IMG/VR virus record: IMGVR_UViG_3300025417_000022
DNA length: 64,000 nucleotides
Direction: 5' to 3' (one strand)
From: an uncultured virus (IMG/VR IMGVR_UViG_3300025417_000022)
Taxonomy: Duplodnaviria > Heunggongvirae > Uroviricota > Caudoviricetes
Shown: in pieces, positions 59,177 through 64,000 of the stretch
How the letters are laid out: each line of letters begins with the position of its first letter
Position numbering within the stretch: position 1 is the first letter of the stretch
Translations under genes and position numbers: made by a program
Notes under the pieces: generated by a model
Seen by the model: the letters and a program-made list of their open reading frames with translations, nothing else
Database searches by the model: none
What the model was told of the DNA's origin: nothing

Positions 59177-59633
59177 TGGTGGAGGTGAGGGGATTCGAAC
59201 CCCTGTCCTTAATCTTGACTATCTATCGACTCTACATGCTTTAGCATATTCTAGCATTTCAAGAACGCCATACGGCGCCGGAGAGAGAGGTTGCTAATGG
59301 TTGCCAGCCTATATTTTTCTCTACCTGTAGCAAGAACCGGCTTTACTACGACCGCTTACTCTTAGTTTTCTTAGAATCGTAAGACCTTCCTTAACCTATT
59401 GTTAAGCTCCCAGTACCTTTAATAGGATCCGATACTGTTTTTATGCAGCGAGAAGATACTCTTCTTCCATGCAGAACTCGTCTGCGTGGTTAAAGATGTA
59501 GCTAGCCTCTGCTAAGAGCGCGTCAGTATTATCTTCGGCGTTTGATTTTTTTGATTGATTTTAAAGTAGATACAATCGTCTACTGCATGCACTATAGTTT
59601 TCAATAATTAAATCGAGTACCAAGTACACCCCC
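59177..59633 (-). ncRNA. ssrA: tmRNA, 457 nt
   Basis: 5' GGGGGTG pairs with 3' CACCTCC-ACCA including the G3-U Ala identity pair; T arm AGGGG-TTCGAAT-CCCCT; internal tag ORF at 59441-59539 ends in LLAA-stop. Confidence 0.95.
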
Positions 59634-59636
59634 AAA

Positions 59637-60320
59637 TTACTTATCAATGAACGAAGTATAAATCTCTTGCAATTGTGCTGAAATTTTCTTTAATGATTTT
59701 AGATCCTTTTTTGAGAATTTCAACATTTTTGATATATCTGCAAGGTTGTGCGCTAGATATGCATTGAGTTCGTCTATTAAAACAGCCTTGCAATAGCCCG
59801 TTTCTAACAAATGCTTAAAGATTTTATTTTGTATAGATTTTGGCAATTTCTCTAGAACAGCATTAACATCTTTTTTATATTTTTTATTAAGAAAATATAA
59901 TCCGTGACTGATTTCATGATTGAGAGTACTGGCATCATTGTTCTGTGAACCAATTATATAGAAATTCGTACTGCCTACCTCATTGCTTACATGTTCAAAT
60001 ATATCTAAAAGAAGCTTATCGTACGTATTAAAATCATCTATTCCAATTTCATTATAAAGCTTATTCAATACTGGTCCTGGTACGTTAAAGCCTGACCAAT
60101 CAGCCGGATAAGAGAAGACAGTATCACCTCTACTCTGTGTATACAGACGCATGAAATCCGTCATATCAAATTTCTTACCACGAATACCAGTTAAGGAAGA
60201 TTCATAAAACTCTTGAGCTCGACAAAATGTCATCGCAAGGTCATATGTATTCTCTACAATGACGTGATAGATTCCATCTGTTACCTGTTCTACGGTAACG
60301 GGCATTGGTTGCTGTTTCAT
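59637..60320 (-). CDS. Hypothetical protein with HExxH motif
   Basis: TFCRAQEFYES, YPADWSGFNVP, HEISHGLY and DELNAY. Confidence 0.65.
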   Translation of the reverse strand: MKQQPMPVTVEQVTDGIYHVIVENTYDLAMTFCRAQEFYESSLTGIRGKKFDMTDFMRLYTQSRGDTVFSYPADWSGFNVPGPVLNKLYNEIGIDDFNTYDKLLLDIFEHVSNEVGSTNFYIIGSQNNDASTLNHEISHGLYFLNKKYKKDVNAVLEKLPKSIQNKIFKHLLETGYCKAVLIDELNAYLAHNLADISKMLKFSKKDLKSLKKISAQLQEIYTSFIDK

Positions 60321-60952
60321 TAAAATGTACGTCTAACCCAATAGCCTACCTTTGTTAGGCCCTTGGAAATATCTAAAAAGAAGTCACTAGCGAGATAGAC
60401 AATATTATTATAAACACCGCAGGTATTTTCTCGAAGAAAACGCCTAACTTTCGCTTTAGGTGCACTAGCGTAGGTGTTCATTAATTGTTCTATTTCAAGT
60501 CTACGTGTCTCTAATTCTTCTTTTGTTGCAAAGATCTCTTCTTTTACAATTTTTAATTTGCCCTTTAATTGGCCATCGACGAATTTTGCTTGATACTCAA
60601 TCCACCATTCATTGCCGTTTTTATCAAGCGGTGATCCGTAGAAATTAACAATACCGGTATGATCAGCTTTAATCCATTTACGGGATATTTCATTGAACTT
60701 ATACGGCCATACAAAACAACGCGACCGTCTTGCCTTTTTTTCTTCAGCTTCGGTCATCGTTCTGACGTGCTCTCCTTCAACCTTTTCATAATAGAGCTTA
60801 CCTGTTTTACCAATCTTGTAGTAGGTAAGTGTATTATCTAGATCCTTAGTTTGAAATTCTAGATCTTTGTACCAATTCTCATCGAGTACAGTCTTTGTTT
60901 TTCTAGAGACAGGAAGAAGTGCCTCACTTTTAATATAATCAAACATTCCCAT
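60320..60952 (-). CDS. Hypothetical phage protein (MGMFD..FQTKDL family)
   Basis: MGMFDYI, FQTKDLD and WIEYQAKFVDG. Confidence 0.65.
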   Translation of the reverse strand: MGMFDYIKSEALLPVSRKTKTVLDENWYKDLEFQTKDLDNTLTYYKIGKTGKLYYEKVEGEHVRTMTEAEEKKARRSRCFVWPYKFNEISRKWIKADHTGIVNFYGSPLDKNGNEWWIEYQAKFVDGQLKGKLKIVKEEIFATKEELETRRLEIEQLMNTYASAPKAKVRRFLRENTCGVYNNIVYLASDFFLDISKGLTKVGYWVRRTF

Positions 60953-60963
60953 TTGTTGATATA

Positions 60964-61599
60964 TTATATACTACTAAGAATGGAATCAACTAGAAAATTA
61001 AATTTCGACTCTTTGATGGTAGAGAGCTCTTTTTTTGCTTTCTCTAACTCTTTTGTCAAAAAGGCATATGCCTGGTTTGGTGTACTGAAATTCTCTGTTC
61101 TCATTTCAATAGCGTAGCCGCCTTTGTTTCTCCATGCTTGTATATACGGTGGGAAGTCATCAACAAGAATATTCGGCTTACCGTCTGTTACTGCGTAAAT
61201 TGATTTGTCTTGCGGAAAGAACGCTTCTTTTGGTTGAGGATTTAAATGACGTTTAATCCAAACCTCTTTACCTTTTCTGCATTCTATAGGGTTAATTGAA
61301 GCCGGGTGAGAGCAAATATTATATTCACCGGCAAAATCAACAGCTGCCTTTACTACTGCATTTGTTATGCTACCATCCTTACCGAACGGAAGCAAATGCT
61401 CAAAAAACGGCTCTACAGGCCCGAATCTTTCGACAAATTTATTTTTATTTGTCCAATATTCTCTAATTTTTTCTTTGTTTTCCTTAGCTTTAGGATTAGA
61501 TGGTGATGTAACAGATTTATAATCTTGACCGAATATATCATAACTGACAGTATTGAACAAATCTGCCAAAAGACCATCCATATCAAGAAATACCATCAT
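60964..61599 (-). CDS. 5'(3')-deoxyribonucleotidase, HAD superfamily
   Basis: FLDMDGLLAD, GKEVWI and NILVDD..W...GG. Confidence 0.85.
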   Translation of the reverse strand: MMVFLDMDGLLADLFNTVSYDIFGQDYKSVTSPSNPKAKENKEKIREYWTNKNKFVERFGPVEPFFEHLLPFGKDGSITNAVVKAAVDFAGEYNICSHPASINPIECRKGKEVWIKRHLNPQPKEAFFPQDKSIYAVTDGKPNILVDDFPPYIQAWRNKGGYAIEMRTENFSTPNQAYAFLTKELEKAKKELSTIKESKFNFLVDSILSSI

Positions 61600-61610
61600 A
61601 AAATTAAAAG

Positions 61611-61820
61611 TTATTCAGACTTTGGCGCGGTATAAACAGTGAATCTATAGAGAAATAAACCATGACATCTGCGATTTACGAGTACCTTTTTCGCGCTCAC
61701 GATTAATTTGGTTTTACTTAATACTGCGAGCTTTTCTTGTAAATGTTCTTCCGCCTGCTTTGTATCATTGAAATAACCACTCCATTTAATAATATTACTG
61801 TCAAGATTTAAAATCTCCAT
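61611..61820 (-). CDS. Hypothetical protein
   Basis: 69-aa ORF with TAAATA-N5-ATG. Confidence 0.55.
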   Translation of the reverse strand: MEILNLDSNIIKWSGYFNDTKQAEEHLQEKLAVLSKTKLIVSAKKVLVNRRCHGLFLYRFTVYTAPKSE

Positions 61821-61957
61821 ATCAATATTTATTCATTTATCCACTCTTAATATCGATAGTAATTAATCTAACAGTCTAAAGTAGCAAATTTGTAAATGCT
61901 TTATATACAGTAAGTTAAATGTACTATTATTTAGTATTCATTTGCTCTGTATGACAT

Positions 61958-62812
61958 TTACCCTACTAATTCTGCAAGTCTGCTTCTTAAGAAGAAGGTA
62001 TCATACCAAACATTAATATCGTTTAATATCTTGTAAAAGCTAAGATCTTTGCACTTGGTTTTAAATTCCTCAAAAGATTTCTCCGGGGAAGTGCTTAATT
62101 GGTCCTTTACGTAGTTATATTCATCAGCTGAATTTATAGAATACGTCAAATCCACCAGCTTGATGTTATTCTCATATTGCTGCTGTTCCTCCTCAGTTAA
62201 GATATACTCCCCGGAAAGGGTTTTAGCAATCTTTACCTTACCAAAGCCCTTTAGTCCTGGAATATTATCAGATTTATCACCTGCAAGCGCTTTAATTTTT
62301 ACAAAATCTTCTTTATTGCATTTATGATCTTCAAAGAAACTAGATAGTTTAAATTCTTTCTTCTTTAGCGGCTCGTATACAACGGTTTTTTTGTCAATCA
62401 ACTGACATAAATCACGATCTACTGTGACAACCGCCTTGGTTTCATCTTTAAAGATATCACAGTAAATGGCCATGACATCATCAGCTTCGTAGTCTCTTGG
62501 AAAGATGCTTTTTATACCCAGATGCTCAAGCATCTGCTTAATAATCTCGTTTTTTGAATGAACCTCTTTATTGCGCTCTTTATCTCTCGTACCCTTATAA
62601 TCAGCTAATAGTTCTTTTCGTTTATTGACAGTATAATCCTTCTTTTCATCCCAGGCGCAGACGATATGATCAGGTTTATATTGTAAAGCGAGATTTTTTA
62701 CACTAACAAGGAACAAATAAATGTGAAAATACTCGTTAAAGACGGGTTGATTCTTTGCGACCCAAAAAACCCTATGTACTAGATTGTTTCCGTCTATGAT
62801 AAGGTGCTGCAT
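61958..62812 (-). CDS. rnh: RNase H / 5'-3' flap exonuclease (T4 rnh-like)
   Basis: IIDGNN, AWD, YKGTR, YEADD, DRDL.QL and GDKSDNIPG..G.G. Confidence 0.92.
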   Translation of the reverse strand: MQHLIIDGNNLVHRVFWVAKNQPVFNEYFHIYLFLVSVKNLALQYKPDHIVCAWDEKKDYTVNKRKELLADYKGTRDKERNKEVHSKNEIIKQMLEHLGIKSIFPRDYEADDVMAIYCDIFKDETKAVVTVDRDLCQLIDKKTVVYEPLKKKEFKLSSFFEDHKCNKEDFVKIKALAGDKSDNIPGLKGFGKVKIAKTLSGEYILTEEEQQQYENNIKLVDLTYSINSADEYNYVKDQLSTSPEKSFEEFKTKCKDLSFYKILNDINVWYDTFFLRSRLAELVG

Positions 62813-62935
62813 TTTTGTGTTTGTAAAAGGGTTTATTGTGGTTTGGAACAGGGTTATAGCAATATTTCTTTCTTAGCTCATTATAATAAGCTCTTTCTTC
62901 TTTTGTCATTATATCACTACCTTCTCTATTCATTA

Positions 62936-63151
62936 TTACTTGAGAAAGAATTTTATTTTCGCCTTCTCCATGTCTTTTTCAGTAACAATCCATCTAAGCG
63001 ATTTATTTTTGTAGAGATTTTGTTCATTGTAGATAGCTCTACGTATGATTGCCTCCCTCTCATCATAGTCGACATTAAATTTAAAGACTATCAGTCTGCT
63101 ATATACCTTTTCGTTTTTAGGCCGTGCTTTATATTTACGTGCTGTCTTCAT
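62936..63151 (-). CDS. Small basic hypothetical protein
   Basis: 71-aa ORF downstream of TTGATT-N17-TACTAT (63163-63191). Confidence 0.55.
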   Translation of the reverse strand: MKTARKYKARPKNEKVYSRLIVFKFNVDYDEREAIIRRAIYNEQNLYKNKSLRWIVTEKDMEKAKIKFFLK

Positions 63152-63242
63152 TGATAGATATAATAGTATATAGTAGAGATGAATTAATCAAGCTTTATTT
63201 ACATGCACTGGCGTTTGGTGTTGTTTAATTGTAAATAGCTTT

Positions 63243-64000
63243 ATGTTCGTTGATTCAATCATATCTTGCTTCAAAGATAAGCAGTTTGATATTCCTGAGA
63301 GTGATTTTAAGACGGCTTTAAGTGCTTTATATGATGAATATAAGGAGCGTTATCCGGTTTTCGAAGAATTAAAATCCATAATATCAGAAGAGGGTATTGT
63401 CGAACTCACGCTACAGAAATATTGTACTGAAAAAAACATACCCAACCCTTATGTCAAAATTCAGCAAGAGATATTACGTAGTCATGATTTCTTTAAAAAC
63501 AGAAGTTATGTATGTGCTGCACCTCTTACCTCTCTTCGATTCGACTTCGGTGGTAGAATGACTGTATGCTGTTATAATGTTGATTATAATTTGGGGTTTT
63601 ACCCAGAAGTCTCGCCGTATGAAGCTTGGACCGGCGAACGAATAAAGAATATACGTAATGCTTTGGCAAATTACGATTTCTCCTTTGGGTGTCAGCGCTG
63701 TGCGAGATATATTTTAGCAGGCAACGGCCATAATTCTGCACTAGCTGTACGTGAAGCGTTTGTACCGAACATAGAGCAAGAGATAGGTACGGAATACCCA
63801 GCTCATCTCGTGTTTCAAATTCACAACACATGTAACTATGAGTGTATCATGTGTGGTGGGGAGTTTTCTTCTTCGATACGAAAGAATAGAGAGAAATTAC
63901 CTTTACAAGCAAATATGTACGATGATCGGTTTATTACTGAAATTGAACCGTTTCTAAAACATGCAAAAGTAATCGAGTTTCTCGGCGGAGAGCCGTTTGT
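63243..64000 (+). CDS. Second radical SAM enzyme with N-terminal SPASM/twitch domain; 3' truncated by the window
   Basis: Not in the ORF track because it has no stop in the window. CAAP..GRMTVCC..GCQRC, then CNYECIMC and FLGGEP; TAAATA-N5-ATG. Confidence 0.88.
   Translation, partial: MFVDSIISCFKDKQFDIPESDFKTALSALYDEYKERYPVFEELKSIISEEGIVELTLQKYCTEKNIPNPYVKIQQEILRSHDFFKNRSYVCAAPLTSLRFDFGGRMTVCCYNVDYNLGFYPEVSPYEAWTGERIKNIRNALANYDFSFGCQRCARYILAGNGHNSALAVREAFVPNIEQEIGTEYPAHLVFQIHNTCNYECIMCGGEFSSSIRKNREKLPLQANMYDDRFITEIEPFLKHAKVIEFLGGEPF

Noticed and set aside
61832..61957. AT-rich intergenic gap as a replication origin or RNA gene
   Set aside because: No iterons or stable structure were seen.
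62772..62933. 53-aa basic minus-strand ORF upstream of rnh
   Set aside because: Plausible, but it overlaps rnh by about 40 nt and has no recognisable motif; not enough support.
426..63831. Short antisense or alternate-frame ORFs in the track (e.g. 1265-1507, 8351-8584, 13320-13637, 39842-40660, 54583-54972, 63526-63831)
   Set aside because: They are shadows overlapping well-supported genes, with no motifs or start signals.

Overview
A 64 kb, AT-rich segment of a large T4-like myovirus (contractile-tailed phage) genome using the standard genetic code. The + strand from 1 to 29.4 kb carries the morphogenesis block: terminase C-terminus, gp3-like tail completion protein, sheath, tube, baseplate hub and wedge, and tape measure. 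It is interrupted by a gp16-like small terminase, dUTPase and clamp loader. An accessory block at 29.4-38.6 kb encodes a radical SAM/SPASM enzyme, a Dps-like protein, dCMP deaminase, an exonuclease, two glycosyltransferases, an aminotransferase and a GNAT-like protein. A minus-strand fibre/lectin block occupies 38.6-51.4 kb. The remainder holds host-takeover and metabolic genes (HiPIP-like, guaC, queD, rmlB/C, cytidylyltransferase, Hsp20, nucleotidase, RNase H), a tRNA and a tmRNA. Main observations: (1) a TAAATA-N5/6-start-codon architecture on at least 18 genes, implying leaderless late mRNAs; (2) a tmRNA encoding an unusually long 32-aa tag; (3) a class II tRNA with the very rare ACU anticodon; (4) an 85-bp structured element with terminal inverted repeats, flanked by a 10-bp direct repeat; (5) hsp20 with a ROSE-like thermometer and complementary 5' and 3' flanks; (6) a baseplate protein combining a lysozyme-like domain with an apparently circularly permuted SGNH esterase; (7) a candidate virion-glycosylation system, with sugar enzymes plus a frequent [LIV]-S-[AGS] motif in structural proteins. 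All family calls come from motif recognition and gene order by eye; no searches were run.
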